DNA of 63,984 nt, counting the filler, from Conidiobolus incongruus B7586 (lineage: Eukaryota): NCBI GenBank assembly GCA_000697335.1. It is 9 parts of 9 records of this genome, joined end to end, with 100 filler letters (N's around TTAATTAATTAA, not from the genome) between each part and the next. Parts side by side here need not be neighbours in the genome. Positions count along the whole stretch, not along the records: positions 1 to 9,088 come from JNEM01000144.1; positions 9,189 to 12,429 come from JNEM01000146.1; positions 12,530 to 16,230 come from JNEM01000147.1; 6 more parts are not named here. The stretch is one strand, 5' to 3'. Both the position numbers and the translations under genes were made by a program. The stretch's first letter is position 1. The number at the start of each line of letters is the position of its first letter. The notes under the pieces were generated by a model. The model had not been told where the DNA came from. It saw only the letters and a list, made by a program, of their open reading frames with translations, and made no database searches. This document shows positions 1 to 14,919 of this stretch, in pieces.

Positions 1-1410
1 TAGTTTTTATTATACTATCTATTATAATAACCAAATAAAAACCCATGTTGTTATAATTACTTAAATATGTTAAAGAATTATATAATATTTTAAAATTAAA
101 TTCTAAAAAAATATGGAATAAAATAAAAATATTAATTTTAATATGGATTTATATTAAGTAAAAAATATAAAAATTAATTTTTATATTCATATTACTTTTA
201 CTCAACCTTTTTGAATCATTATATAGATGAAAATATATATTAATCAATATATCACTAATATCATTTAATCAATAGATCAAATAATTAAACAATTTATATT
301 ATACTCTTTATTTTCATAATTTTATATCAATTCAATTTCTATAATATTTATCAATTTCCTAGAATTAAATTAGAGCAATTGCAGAATTCTAGAATGTTTT
401 ACCTTATTAAAGAAAAATTCATAAATGTGATGGCTATATTTTGAATATTGATATCTAATATAAATTTTGGAATATATTTTTTAGATTACAATTTATGTTA
501 AATATATTAAATAATAACAGATATAGTCTGATAAATATAGTTAAATGTCTTAATTCGATATAAAAAATTTAAATTATAATTTGAAAAAAAATTATTTGAG
601 AGTTAATATTGGTGTATTATGATATTAGATCAGAGCTTAAACGCTGTTTAAATATTATAAATTTAATATTTCATGAATTTATAATATAATTGATAGTTAA
701 ATTCTGACTCTACTTCCCTTTATTATCAAAAATAGTTATAAGCAATATAAATAATATATTATTAATATTGACATTGATTTAAAATTAATAATAAATTATT
801 GATTAAAAATATCATTATTTTTATTTTCAATCTTAGTTAATATTCGGTTAAATATATTATCATTTTTAGTGATTATATAATAATTAATTCGTTACAAAAA
901 TTATAATCTTTATTTTTTTATTTTTAAAATTTTCAAATTATTAATAAATTTTAAATTTTATATAAATTTATTAATTGAATAATATTTTATTTTATGATTT
1001 CATAATTTATCATAACTTATAAATATTGTTATTAAGTATCAAGATAATCAATAAACAATTTATAAAAACAATGTTAAAGATTTTACCCGTAAAATTAACA
1101 AATTGTTCTAAATTTAAGGAGATTTCATATAAGTTTATTAGTAATTAATTTAATCCAATAACAATTAAAGTATTGAAACTATTAAACATTATAAATTTTA
1201 AATAAAATATCACTTATTAAATTAATAATTTAATATATATTTTTTATAATTAAAATTTAAATTAGAACAATAACAATAATAACAGTAATTTATAAAAAAA
1301 AAGAATGAAAAACTATTTTATTTTAAACTATTTAACAATATTAATTAATTATTGATATATTCAATAAAAAAATTGATTCATTTTAGATTAAATTTGATAA
1401 AAAAATAAAA

Positions 1411-3000
1411 TTAATCAAAATTAATAAATATTTGTCTTCTATTATATCTCTCCCACAAAAAGTTACCATGAGGTACTCCGTACCAAACATTGACTTGGAG
1501 TTTATGCTCATTATACTTGGTTTGGAAGAATTTTCTTAAGGAAGTATTCACCGAGTTGAAATCTACGATACAGTCATCCGTCGAGATATAGATGGATGTC
1601 TTTTTGTGAATGATATCCAATTGGTATGGGAAGAAACTGGCTTCGTCCCTAATTAATTGAATGAGATATAATTGGAATATAATTGTTATGAAAGTTTGGA
1701 AACTTACCACCAAAATTTTCTGAAGAAATAAATACTTACACTGAGTTCATGTAATAGGAATTCACGGACGAATACTTCAAACGGAGTGGACTTTTCTTCG
1801 AAGTAAGCTTTACCACATAAGTGTTCGTTATAAATATCTACAGATATGGGCTCCAGAAAATGCAAATTTTCAATCATTTCCTGATTTTCAAACTTGGTGA
1901 GGTAGGTTGGTATGAGACTGCCAAATGAGTGAGTAATCCAAGTAGATGGTCTCAACTGGTATCTGTGATAAACTGATTGGAGATATTGGCGAATGTACTT
2001 ATTCGAGGGAATATCTGTAACCAATTTCATACTGATGTAATCCAGCTTCAAGATCATTATAGTACGATTGGGATATCTGCATATCAGGTGATTGATGAAT
2101 GACCAATACATAGTTGGACCTAAGTCATAGTATTAATATTTGGAAAATTTTTTTTTGTTAAAACTGGAGTTTTGTGTTACCTATTCCAAGCCCGTGGACA
2201 AATACAATGGGCGGTAGATTATTGTCATTTGGTACCTTTTTAATATATACACCTAAGTGAGCGCCTTGAGGTTGGTCCAAGATGAATCCCTTATTCAACA
2301 TCCAGTGATGGAAAACTTCCTGTACAAGCCATACGCAGCTGTACACGAAGAGGGGAAGCGTTGTGAATGGAATTTGTCTCATATTGAAGAAATGATACTT
2401 GGATTTTTCAAACTTCTGTTGACTGGGGTCATATTCTAACTTGGACTCGATTAAGTCTACATATTCGTTAATTTCGTCTTTCTCTTCGTTAGTAAAATGA
2501 TCCAATTTGTGGAATGCCATCCATTGCACCCAGTGCTCAACGTGCTCTCTTGTGAAACCATCTAATTTTTCGGGTCGCATCCCATTTTGAGGATACATGA
2601 GTAACCATCCTGTGATTAAACTCTTCAAATCAACACTTGTATTAATTACATGACTAATTACCCGCTTCCTCTCCAAAGGCTTGAGCTCGGGGCGAATAGA
2701 TATAGGATTATTGTTAGATTTTGTCATTTGAGTGTTCAAATAAAAGAAAAATCCAAGTTCTAAAGAGGACCAAGTGAAAGCTATTAATTTCATGGGGCTT
2801 AAAACTGCTCGTGTTATGATACAATGGAAAAAGTAAGTTAAATTAAGCATATGGAACAACAGTAGCAGCTTGTTGAATAGAATAATACCGTATACAATCA
2901 TAACTAGCCACTGATTCAATAATCGATAAAAGAATTGATCCTGATTCGACTTAAAGATACCAGCCCTGGACACTGTATTTACAAATGTATTAATAATCAT
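1411..3000 (-). CDS. Membrane-associated alpha/beta-hydrolase, 3 exons (3000-2181, 2119-1708, 1648-1411)
   Basis: Three ORFs join in frame via GT-AG introns 2180-2120 and 1707-1649. Motifs: PIVFVHGLGIG (oxyanion hole), THSFG (nucleophile elbow), D and HG near the C-terminus, hydrophobic N-terminal segments. Confidence 0.85.
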
Positions 3001-6000
3001 TATGGAATTAATTGATTGATATTTTCACTATTTGATCCTCTTTAAAAATTTAATATCAATAAAATAAATCAAAGCTTAGGATAAACAAAAATTTAACAAT
3101 ACTATTGGGCCAAGGGACTATTTATATATATAAACTCATGAATTCCTAGTTTCACATAGAATTTTCAAGAGTTTAAGCAATTACCATTAAAAATTAATAA
3201 TAAATTTCGAACCTCCACAACTTTTACCCAAAAAGTATGAGGGGTAAATTTAAGAGTGTAAAAATTCAAAATTTTACTGAATACATTAAAATTTCAATTT
3301 AAATTTTTAATAACCACTTATTTTCATAAGATTTTGATCATCCTAATTAATAAATTGATTATTATCTAATTTTCCTCTAATTAATTAGGGAAATTTTAAA
3401 ATTTGGTTGTACTAAAAAATTTTTATTCAAAGAAAAAAAAATTATTAGAATTATTCACTTTTTTTTTTAAATAGAATTTAAACTTTTGTTAATTAATTTT
3501 AATTTATAAATCAATCTAGCAATATGACATAAAATTAAATCATTTCAATGTGATAGTAATAGGTCATTCTGTTTCGGTGTAATTTTAGTTTATTATGACT
3601 TGAACTTTCCCGATATTTTTCTTTGAATTTCTAAATTGAAGGAATAATTTTGATTGGTTAGTATGCCATAATTTTGCCAATTGGCAAATATAATTTTAAA
3701 TTAAATATCATTTTTTTGAATAATATTTTGAAATTTTATTACAAATGTTAATAATAGACCAATGCTTAAAATATTAACAAGTTAAAAATTGTTTTCATAT
3801 ATATATTTTTTACAATTATAATAATATTAGTTAGGAAATATGTTCTTAATATAATTTTAGTTTAATTCGATTGATCCATGATTGTATGGAGATAAATTAA
3901 AAGCTCGAATTTAACACTTATTTTCCGGTTAGCTATTAAATCATTAAGATCTAGGTAATATATATCTATATTCTGATTGATTCTTTTGAAAGAACATGAT
4001 GTAAAGTTATAAAAATTACCTAATAATAGCAATTATTTAAATAATTTGAATTTATAATTCAAATTTTCTTCTGGTAGAATATATTGGAAATAACAACTGA
4101 TATGCATCCAGTTTAAAATGCTATAATAGTTAGCAAATCCACCAATTTATAATATGAATCTCAATGGAATTAATATAAAAATATTTTTATAATATATACA
4201 AAACCCATACTATATACTGAGATTGGAATATTATGATAAATATTCGATATTATTCAACATATTGAATTATAAATTTACTAATCTCAATACTTTAAAAAAT
4301 TATCATTATTCCTTATTTTCATAAACTTAATTATATATATATATATATATATTTCAATGCTTATTTAATTTGGCTAATTATATTTCATATTTTTAACTTT
4401 ATAACTTAATAAGCTTAAATATTATTGATTCAAATTTGTAATTCTGTTAATTAGTTTTAAGTATGCTAAATCATTGTGATTTGATGCTTTAATACTAAGC
4501 TACAATTACGAATTACAAATAAATCAAATTATAAGAATTAAAGAATAAATTTAGAAATAAGTTTAGTTCATATTTTACTATGTATCTGCATTCTAAAATA
4601 TCAATTGGGTATTCATCCATCCGAAAAAAATATCAATTTAATAATTTTTATAAAACTTGGTTTATAGACATAAAATTGATCAATAAAATTATTTTTATCA
4701 AATTAATTATCATTGCTATACCTACATTAAGAATTAATATGTAATAGATATTATTAATAATAAGTATTAATTATGTCTAGTATTATAAAAAAACAAATAC
4801 ACTTATTCTCTAAGCCAATTATTTTATTATTTTATATTAAAAAAATTTAAGATTATTAATATAATTATTACTTCAATTTGGATTTTAATTGAATTTATTT
4901 GATGAAAAATTTAATTAATTATCATTTTTTTGATCAATTTATATTATAAAATTCAATTAATTATAGTGAATAATATAGTGATTAGAGTTATATTAACTAA
5001 TAAGAGAAAAATTTATATTAAATTGTGTTATTCTAAAAATAAAAACTAAATACATATTTTTGATTTTAATAGGATTAAAAAATTTTTAATTTTTGAAATT
5101 TAATAATTATTATATTAATATATTGATATTATAATAGTATGCCAAAGTAATATAATGATAAATGGGTAAGTTAGTGAAAATTATTAGTAATTATTTCTCT
5201 TTTACATAAATATAATTATTATAAATTTAACGTTTTTAAAGTATTATAATGCCTCTTATATTTATGTGATAGATTTGACATTAATGATAAAAAATCAAAT
5301 TAGAAATTATAATTCATTAAAACTATATATCTTGAGGAATTTTATTAATCAATTATGAAATAATACATTTAGAATGTGGATTATTTTATTTTATATGATA
5401 ATTTCTAATTCTTATTCATCTTATCATTCTATCATTGTTAATTTCTATCTATATAATAAATTATTTTATTAATAATAATATAATAAATATAAAAGTGTCG
5501 ATATTTATATTTGAGCTATTAGATTTAAACTTAATATACTTAAGAATGGACCTTAATTCATAAATTTTGTAAGAGTTTATCAAGTCTAAAATCATAATAC
5601 TAAATCCAATATATATTATTTTTCAAAGCATATTATAAAATTGCAATTGTAATTTTTCATATGATATTTGATAAAATAATTAAATAATCATATATATACT
5701 GAATAAAGCGACCAATTTATTCAATTTATCAATATTATTGAAAAAGAATTTTAATTATTTTTATTAAAAATTCCAAAGAAAAAAAACTCAGTTATAATAA
5801 TAATAATAAATTTTAATAAATTTAATCATTATATTTTAATTTAATACATATCATTTTATAATACTTATAATTTTTTATATTACTAGCATTAAACTTACTA
5901 TTATCAATTTCAAATAGAATAATTTGATAAAAATAATCCCAGTTTAACCTTTAGCATAAAGTTTTCAACTATTACATCATATCAATTTTCATGATAATTG

Positions 6001-6398
6001 GTATGATGTATGATTAAAATTAATATTGATATTATTTTAAAATGATCTAAATATTAATAATTGATGATAATATTATTAGTTGCATTTTTTATATTGAATA
6101 CTTTATATTTATTGAACAATATAACACAAAAAAATTTTTAAGATTTTTTTTTGAAATAATCAAATATACTTCAAATATATTTATATTAGTGGATAACTTT
6201 TTTTTAATAAAATTGGCCAATTTAATTCAAAATTGTCTGATAATTAAATATCGCAGTTAATTTTAAGGTGAATCAATTGAAAATTGCATGATTGTATTAC
6301 TTTAAATAATTGGGTATATAAACCTTATGTGATTCAAGTTAAAATCTAGTCATGTAATTTTTTTTAATTTATAATATTTGAATAATAATATTAATTTA

Positions 6399-7925
6399 AT
6401 GGTCAAACCTTCTTCAATTAATCACTCTCATAAGTCAAAACAATCTTTTCCACTTGCAGTTGTGAATAATCTAATTAATGCTTTAAATTATTGGCCTCTT
6501 TTACATCTTGCAATCTATAATTTTGTAAAGTATAACGAATCTAACTATCCTTATACTCCTTCGATATGGAGTTGGCCAAGATTGTTACTCGCATACAGTT
6601 GGATTGAACTGTTTCTCTTCATCTTTTTAAAATATTCTAATTATTGCCTTAATTCAGAGCCTTTTATCAAGAGGAATATCCAATCCAAATCAGAACGTGA
6701 AAGAGTGATAAATAAGTTTATTAACGAAACTACAGATATTATTCAGAATATCAAGAATTGGATGAATATTGATGGATTGTCAACTGAAAGAGATAGAGAA
6801 GTGAATATTGTGACTGTTCGTCATTTTCTTTCTTGTGTCCTATTTAATGTAAGCTATGATAAATTAAAACCTAATGAACAAAAGATAGTGGAAGAATATT
6901 TGGATCATCCTAAGCTATCTAATTTACCGCGATCTATTCATTGCGAAACTCCTAACTTTACATTTTTTACTCACTTAAATGTTCCATTTCAATTTGTCCC
7001 TATTATCCCTGTTTATGGAACAATTATACTAGGAAGAACCTTGGGAAATATAGCTTTGAGATGGTGGCAGTTCCAATGTTATCATGTTGGCAGATTAAAT
7101 GGACTTGGGTACTGGATTAAAGAAGGTGATTCTTCCAAGTGTAATTTGCCACCTATTGTACTTTGCCATGGATCAGTTGCAGGTGATTAAATATATTTCA
7201 AATGTTTAGCAGCTATTAACTTTGACATATCAGGTCCTTGGGGATTTACACCAGTTATATATCATATGGTTAAAAATTATCCAAATAGGACCATCGTACT
7301 TATTGAACTTTATTATATGAGCTTAAATTTTATAAAGGATATTCCCAGCAAAGATGATCACGTTAAATTATTTGATCATATTTTCAAAAAGCACCAATTG
7401 TCCAAATCCAGCTGGATGGGCCAATCTTATGGTACTGGTGTTTTATCTTATGTAGCAAGTATGAGGTCCGAATACATTCATTCCATGACCTTTGTAGATC
7501 CAATATCTTTCAATTTATTTGAACCCACAGTAGCTTACAATTTATTTGCAAGTCCTGCTAAATCAATATCTCATCTCTGTATCAGACAATTTGGAATGTA
7601 TGAATATACAATATCCAGAGCTGTATTCAGAAATTTTTGGTGGTAATTTTTTTTTCAAAAAAAAATATGAATTATTTCATTTTTATTTAACATTTTAAAT
7701 AGGTATGATATGATATTCTTAGATACATATTTCGATAATTACAACGGTCCTACTAATATATTTTTATCAGAATATGATGATATTGTGGATTGTAAACAAA
7801 TGCGTAATTATTTCAAGCAATTTGAAAATAATCCCAATTTTAAAGTCACTGTAATGAAGAATTGTAGTCATGCTGGATTTATTTTCAGTCCAACTTGGTC
7901 TAAACAAGTTGTCGATGTTTTATAG
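6399..7925 (+). CDS. Alpha/beta-hydrolase paralog, 3 exons (6399-7182, 7234-7642, 7703-7925)
   Basis: First ATG at 6399 (the ORF track starts at a TTG). Introns 7183-7233 and 7643-7702 restore the frame. Motifs PPIVLCHG, GQSYG (GxSxG), DDIVD, SHAG. Shares YPNRTI, FWW and both intron positions with the 1411-3000 gene. Confidence 0.85.
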
Positions 7926-9088
7926 TGATATAATTGATTTTAGATTTAATTTTAGTGGGAGATTTAATTAAAGAATAAAATGATATTATATTTGGTTTCT
8001 AGATGAATTTAATTAAGTATTAACTTGAGTGGTGATAATTACTAATAAAGATCAATTTATTTAGATCTATTTGAATTATAATTATTAATTCTTTATTTAA
8101 TACAAATCAAACCTAATCAATAATTAATATATTAAAAATTATTAATATTTAACGATTTTGGATTCAAACTAGTTGATTTCAAAATATAATAGAAAACTTG
8201 ATTAAAATTTAAGTCAATTAATTTACATAAAGTAGTTTCTTAATAATTATAACAATTTAAGTTTTGAATTTAACAATTTCTAAATAAATAAAAATGTTAA
8301 ATTTCAAAATCTTACAGTATAATATCTAGAAATTAAAATATTTTATAAAATTAAAAATATAGTTAAATGGTTAAAATATAAATATTTCATAGATTAGTTC
8401 ACATTTAATCAATATTTTATTTATTTTTTTTTGAATAAAATTCAAATTGTTTATATGTTATAATTTATACATATATATTAATTCAATTTGAGTAGATATA
8501 CAATGGTGTATATAATCAATTAGATATTACAATTAAATTATATTATTTCATAATAAAGTGCCAAAATATTGTAATTATTGAAAAACTGTCAATTTTAAAT
8601 ATATTTTCTTGGGATATAAATACAGTATTATGATAATTATGTTACGTCATATAATTAGAAAAAATGAGACTGATATAAAAATAAAGAGAGTATTTGAATA
8701 AATAAAAATAACATTGAAAATTGTTTTTTATTTTGAAGTATATCATTATATAATATGATAATAAATGTATAACTCTATATCAATATCAATATAATATTGA
8801 ACCATATTATATATCAATATTTATTGATTATATATTTAAATTATATTAAAAAATCTAATATTATTAGAATCTTTAATTTTTTTGAAAAATTTTAATATCC
8901 AAAATATCATTACATGAATAGTTTGTTAAATTATCATGAAATAACAATTTATTTATTGAATATTAAAAATATAATATATTAAATTTTTTATAAAATTTAA
9001 TATTTAATTATTATATATATTTTTTTCAATTTTTTTTCATTTATAATTTTTATTTTATTTTGAAATAAGATTATAATATTAAAAAAAT

Positions 9089-9188
9089 NNNNNNNNNNNN
9101 NNNNNNNNNNNNNNNNNNNNNNNNNNNNNNNNTTAATTAATTAANNNNNNNNNNNNNNNNNNNNNNNNNNNNNNNNNNNNNNNNNNNN
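9089..9188. other. Assembly gap spacer N44-TTAATTAATTAA-N44; same spacer at 12430-12529, 16231-16330, 26551-26650, 39929-40028, 48686-48785, 58126-58225, 62048-62147
   Basis: Identical 100-nt N blocks with a central linker that has stops in all six frames. Confidence 0.97.
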
Positions 9189-10077
9189 ATTATTAAATAT
9201 ATAAAAAATAAGTTATAATAGTTTTTTTAATTATTTTTAATTTAAAAAATCTGTTATATCTAGTATATATAATAAATTATAACTTATTTTATTATTATTT
9301 TTTTATGTAATTAAAAATCTAACTAAGAGGAAAAAAATTTTTATTTAAAATTTAATTGGTTTATAAAATATTTAATTTTAATTTAATAAAAAATTATTTT
9401 TTAAATATTATAAATTTGTTTAAAATTTAGAAAAAATTTATAAAAAATACAAAAATTAATGTCATATTATATATCTGTTTTTATATAATATATATTAAAA
9501 TGTTTTTTAATTGCAAAAATTCCAAATATTAAAAATACAAAGTATTGTTTAAAAATAAATTTAATTAATATATCAAATATTGTATTTTAATTTTCAATAA
9601 CAAGAACTGTTTTTTAGGTATTAAAATTTATCAAAAATATGGCTAAAAGTTATTGATAATAAAAATTGGTATTAGTTTTATATTGTTAATATATTTTTCC
9701 ATATTAAATATTAAAAGCTATTTTTATTTATTATTTCAAAATTTTGCCATTATATAATTTTTTTAGTCATATTAAAATAAAAAATAAATTATCAAGAAAA
9801 TAAAAAAATATTGATAATAAATTAAAGTTTTTTTAAAGCTAGCCAATTTCAAATATTTCTCAAAGTTATATTTTAACCTTTTATTTCAAAAATTATTATT
9901 ATTCCATATATTCCATTTTATAGGTTATAATTTAATAAATTTAAATTACTTAAACTTTTAAACTTTATCAAATAAATGCTCTCCTTTATTTTATTAATTT
10001 ATTTTATTTAGTTTTATTTAGTTTTATTTATCTTTTTATTTATTTGTCTAATATTTTATTTTTTTATATAAATCTTT

Positions 10078-10610
10078 ACCCAAGTAAGTTTATACCCTGA
10101 TATCTCTATCTTCAGGGATAAAATCTCAAAACTTCAAATTATATTAATAAATCACTCTTAGACTAAAGCATTTTAAATTTATATTGATCATGAATTATAA
10201 CTTAGTATTAAGAACTAGGTAAAAAGTTAGATGTAATGCTTATTGGATATACCAAAATATAGGAATATTTAAATTAAAAATTGGATTACTTATAAATAAC
10301 AAATATCCATATTATTATTAACCAAAGATTTCAAACATTTAATATTATCTTGGTTCCTGACTTAATCACTAGTTGGTAAGTAATAACTGAAGAATTTAAG
10401 TGATTGATGGGTTTATATTAGAAAAAAAAAGATTTTTTATTAGTGTTCTTAACTAATGTTTTATATCCGAGGTAATTTATGGATTATGACTCACCTTCTA
10501 AAGGGGTAAAGTTCATCAATACTGAGATAAGGGTTATAGATGGCTAATGAGGTTTTGTAGTATATAAGTGAATCAAAAGTGATGACAATATCCAATAACA
10601 TCATGGAAGT
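10078..10610 (-). mobile_element. Highly degenerate non-LTR retrotransposon reverse-transcriptase remnant (tentative)
   Basis: Minus strand reads LLDIVITFDSL (10598-10566; cf. LDxxKAFDSV) and TAT AAA ct TAC TTG GGT (10094-10078; YK-YLG with a frameshift) in the expected order. Many stops, no clear YADD. Confidence 0.3.
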
Positions 10611-12534
10611 GGCTTTATTATCAAAATACTTACCTGTAACATTTATTATAAATTAAAATAATATAAACTAACTTGATAAATTAAGTATTGCTATATTAAA
10701 TTAGGAAAATAAAATTACCAAATGTTTTATTTTTTTTCAAATATCAACAAGTTTATATAGTTCGAAATAAAATTATTATATTCAAATTAATAAATATTAT
10801 TTAGTTATAATCAATAATTAATAGATTATCGATTATTAATTCAAACCCTTAAAATTTTATTAGTAAATTCATCATTGAGATTAATTTATTTAGTTATAAT
10901 AATATAAAATGTATTCTCTAATAATTTTAACAATTATTTTCAAGTTTAAATTTTTATTAATTAATTAATAAAATAGATAGCTTTCTACAAGATTTGAATT
11001 ATAATTATATTCTGATCAAAAGCATTATCTTAACAAATCGTAAATCTTATATTATCAATAGTAGTGTTAAATACTTGAAGAGTATTATCATCACGAAATT
11101 TATATTTCAATTTTTCACCGTTAGGTTATATTAATATACTGTATTTATTTAATAATCCTTTTATCATATTAAAGTAATGATAATTCGATATATAATACTT
11201 TCTCCTTGTTTTATAACTTTTACCCTTAAGAAGATATCTAATTCTTTGTCAAAGTTATTGAACTTGCTAAAAAACCAGATTGGGAACTTAAGTAGAGTTA
11301 TTATAATATTTTCACCAATAATCTCTTAATTATTAATACACGCAATCTAAATTTTATTCTTATTTACAATTTTTTAATAATATTTCGCAATCAAAAAATT
11401 TCAAAGATTAAAATTAATTTTATATATTAGGTTTTATCTTATTTTATTAATAGTTATTTATTTTATTGATATATTCATCATAATTAAAAAAATTTTAATT
11501 ATCTATACAAAAATATTTTTCTTAAAATAAATTTAAAGATGTAATTATATTTTATAATATTAAATTTACTATATTTTTAAAAATTTATAAATTGCCACAA
11601 TTTAATCCTTAAATAATCACAAGATAAATTAGATATAATATACATTCATTGCTTTATTAATTAATAAATAGTGTATCTTTATCCTTGGACAAACTCTTAT
11701 TTTTTGTTCCTATTAAAATTTTAATATTATTAGAATATTTTCTTTTGATTTGAGTTATATATTTATATTTAAAATTAATTTGGTAATAAATTGAATATAG
11801 TGTAGGAGAAGAATTAAATTAATGATGACTTAATAAAATTAATATATCAGTATAGTTTATTCAAGCTTTTGATATATTGATTAATAGTAAATACTAAATA
11901 ATATCAACATATAATATAAAGATAATAAAAGTAATCTCTAATCTTAGAAAATGATAGTGATTATTAACAATCAAAGAATAATATTAAGATATCGAGGGAG
12001 AGAAAAAGAAAGGAACTATGCTTTTAATTTAATCAAAGTTATTTATATAATTAAATTGAATTTAAATTGGATTTTAAAATAAAACTGAGTAATTAATTAT
12101 AAATTAATATAAACATAGAATTATATAAGAAATTGAAGAACCAGTTTCTTGACAATATATATTCTAATTGTATTATGTAATTAAAATTACATAAATTTAA
12201 TTCAAATCCAATAAATATTTTTAAATAATAAATATATAAAATATTACATGCAATTTAATAGTGAATAAAAGATATATAATGATAAAATATAGAATTCATT
12301 ATCAATATAAAAAAATATCTAAATAAAAATTCAATAATTTAAAAATATATATAAAAAAGTATTGGTAAGCATGTTAAGGTTCACTCGAAGCCGACAAAGT
12401 ATGAAAGGCGTCCATTTCCAGGGATCGAANNNNNNNNNNNNNNNNNNNNNNNNNNNNNNNNNNNNNNNNNNNNTTAATTAATTAANNNNNNNNNNNNNNN
12501 NNNNNNNNNNNNNNNNNNNNNNNNNNNNNTGTTA

Positions 12535-13029
12535 TTGAATATTTGGAATCAATGGGTTGAGACTGATTTTTCTACACAATGGTGCTACGAAAATTTCATT
12601 CAATATAGATCCATGACTAGAGCTCGTGATGTTAGAGATCAATTGATGGGTCTACTAGAAAGAGTAGAAATATCCCCATCATCCAATCCCAATCCTCATG
12701 ACACTGACCCCATTAGGAAGAGTATTACCTCTGGTTACTTTTATCATGCAGCCAAGCTCCAAAAAGGAAATGAAACATACAGGACTGCTAAGCAGTCACA
12801 CACAGTTCACATCCATCCCAACAGTTCACTTTTCGAAACTCGTCCCAAATGGGTAATTTATTATGAATTAGTATTGACTAGTAAAGAATTTATGAGACAA
12901 GTTCTCGATATCCGACCTGAATGGTTAACCGAAGTCGCTCCTCACTATTACCAAGCTAAAGATGTTCAAGATGAAGAAAAGATCAAAATGCCCAAGCAAG
13001 TTCCCCATTTCCAAAAAGCTAAAGTATAG
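12535..13029 (+). CDS. Pre-mRNA splicing DEAH-box helicase, Prp2/Cdc28/DHX16-like, C-terminal part (5' lost in gap)
   Basis: [50 protein letters not shown] and [10 protein letters not shown] match the HA2/OB-fold tail of DHX16-type helicases. ORF abuts the N gap. Confidence 0.9.
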   Translation: MNIWNQWVETDFSTQWCYENFIQYRSMTRARDVRDQLMGLLERVEISPSSNPNPHDTDPIRKSITSGYFYHAAKLQKGNETYRTAKQSHTVHIHPNSSLFETRPKWVIYYELVLTSKEFMRQVLDIRPEWLTEVAPHYYQAKDVQDEEKIKMPKQVPHFQKAKV

Positions 13030-13744
13030 ATCTCATACTATGTATTATAATTGAAGGAATTTTTCTGCTTTCACTTTATATTAATAAATACTTCATGATT
13101 TATTGTTAAATTAATTTTGGAAACTAGGATTCAATATAAATTATATAAAATTCAGATAACTTGAGTAAATTTTCAATTGGTTAAAAGAAAACCTAAAATT
13201 TATCAACTTTAAATACTTCTAGTACACTGAAAATATATTAAACAATAATATAAAATTGATTGTATAAAGACTCCAACAAAGTATATTGATTAATATTACA
13301 ATTAATCTATCAATCATTGCACCTTAGTAATATCTTTATATTCATAAAAACTGGAGTAGCAACGTCAAACTAGTGTACAATCACTTATTTCAATAATATC
13401 AGGATAGCATTAGATCATATGATTAAATTGTGGTTTGTTTAATATATCACAACACAAAAATTATTACAATTAATAACCAAATCACGATCATACCAACTTT
13501 CTTGTAATATGGCAAGTGAGGATTTTATCAAACTGTGTTTGTGATATAATGTAAATTTGAGGACAGTTTAATTGAATATATATATTATAAAACCATAGTA
13601 AATAATATTGTTAATATAGACATTGCCATATCATTACTTTTTTGTTATTTGAATAAATACTGAGAGTTTTAGGATTAATAAAAAATTATAAAAACCTAAG
13701 ATAATTAAGATTGATTATATTTCATGGAAATTAAAAAAACTAAA

Positions 13745-13747
<3 letters not shown>

Positions 13748-13774
<27 letters not shown>
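13748..13774. repeat. (TA)n microsatellite
   Basis: Uninterrupted TA run. Confidence 0.9.
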
Positions 13775-13780
<6 letters not shown>

Positions 13781-14847
13781 TATTGGCAATTATAATAACC
13801 AAATATGCTTAGTTCCGATAATAGTAATTGGGAAATAATATTTAATTTCTTATTATATTCACTTAATATCAATTTTTTGAAATAAAAAATTAAACTAAAA
13901 TTATAAATAAATTAATATAAAAAATTTCCTAATTAGTAAATATTTAGTTTATTATTTCAATTAATAAATTAAAAATAATTTAGTGTTAAATTTTACCCCA
14001 ATAATATAATTCATTTATTTAAATATAATAAAAAAATTAACTAAATTATATTCTTTAATATCTGATCATAAAACAAAAAAATTAATTTAACTTAATATCG
14101 TTAATTATCAATAAAATATTTAATATTAAAATTATTTTAATCGTTTTTTTCTTAAGTACTGAATAGATATTATTTTATTAAATTAATAAAAATTACAAAG
14201 TATTTTTAAAAAAAATTTTGATATTAATATAACTTAAAGATTAAACACTATTATTTAAAACAATAAAAACGTAATAAAAATATTAGCTATATTTATTATG
14301 ATTTAAAATGAATATTAATAAATAGATTTTAAGCTAAATAATCTAAGTATTTCACAGTAATAATTATTTTAAAACAAGAATAATTTTTAGTCGAACAATA
14401 TAAGGGATGAACTTAAATTAATTATTATAAAATTATGTTTATGTTGTTATTTTTTTAATATTAATCTTTAAAATATATATATATATATATTGATTTAAAT
14501 GGTTTATATAAATTTTTATTATATTCGGTTATTATTATAACTGGTTTAGTACTTGGGATAAAATATATTTGTAATTAATTATTAATAATCGCTGAAATTA
14601 TATATAATTATACCGAATGATTATATAGTTAATATAATATAGCTATATTAAATTTAATGAATGATATATTTAATTTAGAATATAATTTATCATTCACCAA
14701 ACAATTAGTAGCTTATCAAGATAATTTGATAATAAAAATGAACGCCATGCGAGGGACGAAATGTAACACAAAATTTAGGTTACAAGGTTTTAGATTTTGG
14801 TAACAGGGGTTGGGGAGTACTTATCCATTAATGGAACCCTATGAACC

Positions 14848-14855
14848 TATAAATA
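14848..14855 (+). promoter_or_regulatory. TATA box of the 14920 gene
   Basis: TATAAATA followed by a CT-rich tract about 70 nt upstream of the ATG. Confidence 0.5.
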
Positions 14856-14919
14856 CTCGCTCTTTCTCTGTTTCTCCATTATAGACTTATTTATTTATTA
14901 TTGTTGTTTTTCTATCACT

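Noticed and set aside
9133..9144. Repeated palindrome TTAATTAATTAA inside N runs (8 copies)
   Set aside because: Artificial six-frame-stop scaffold linker, not biological. Gene adjacency across these gaps is therefore uncertain.
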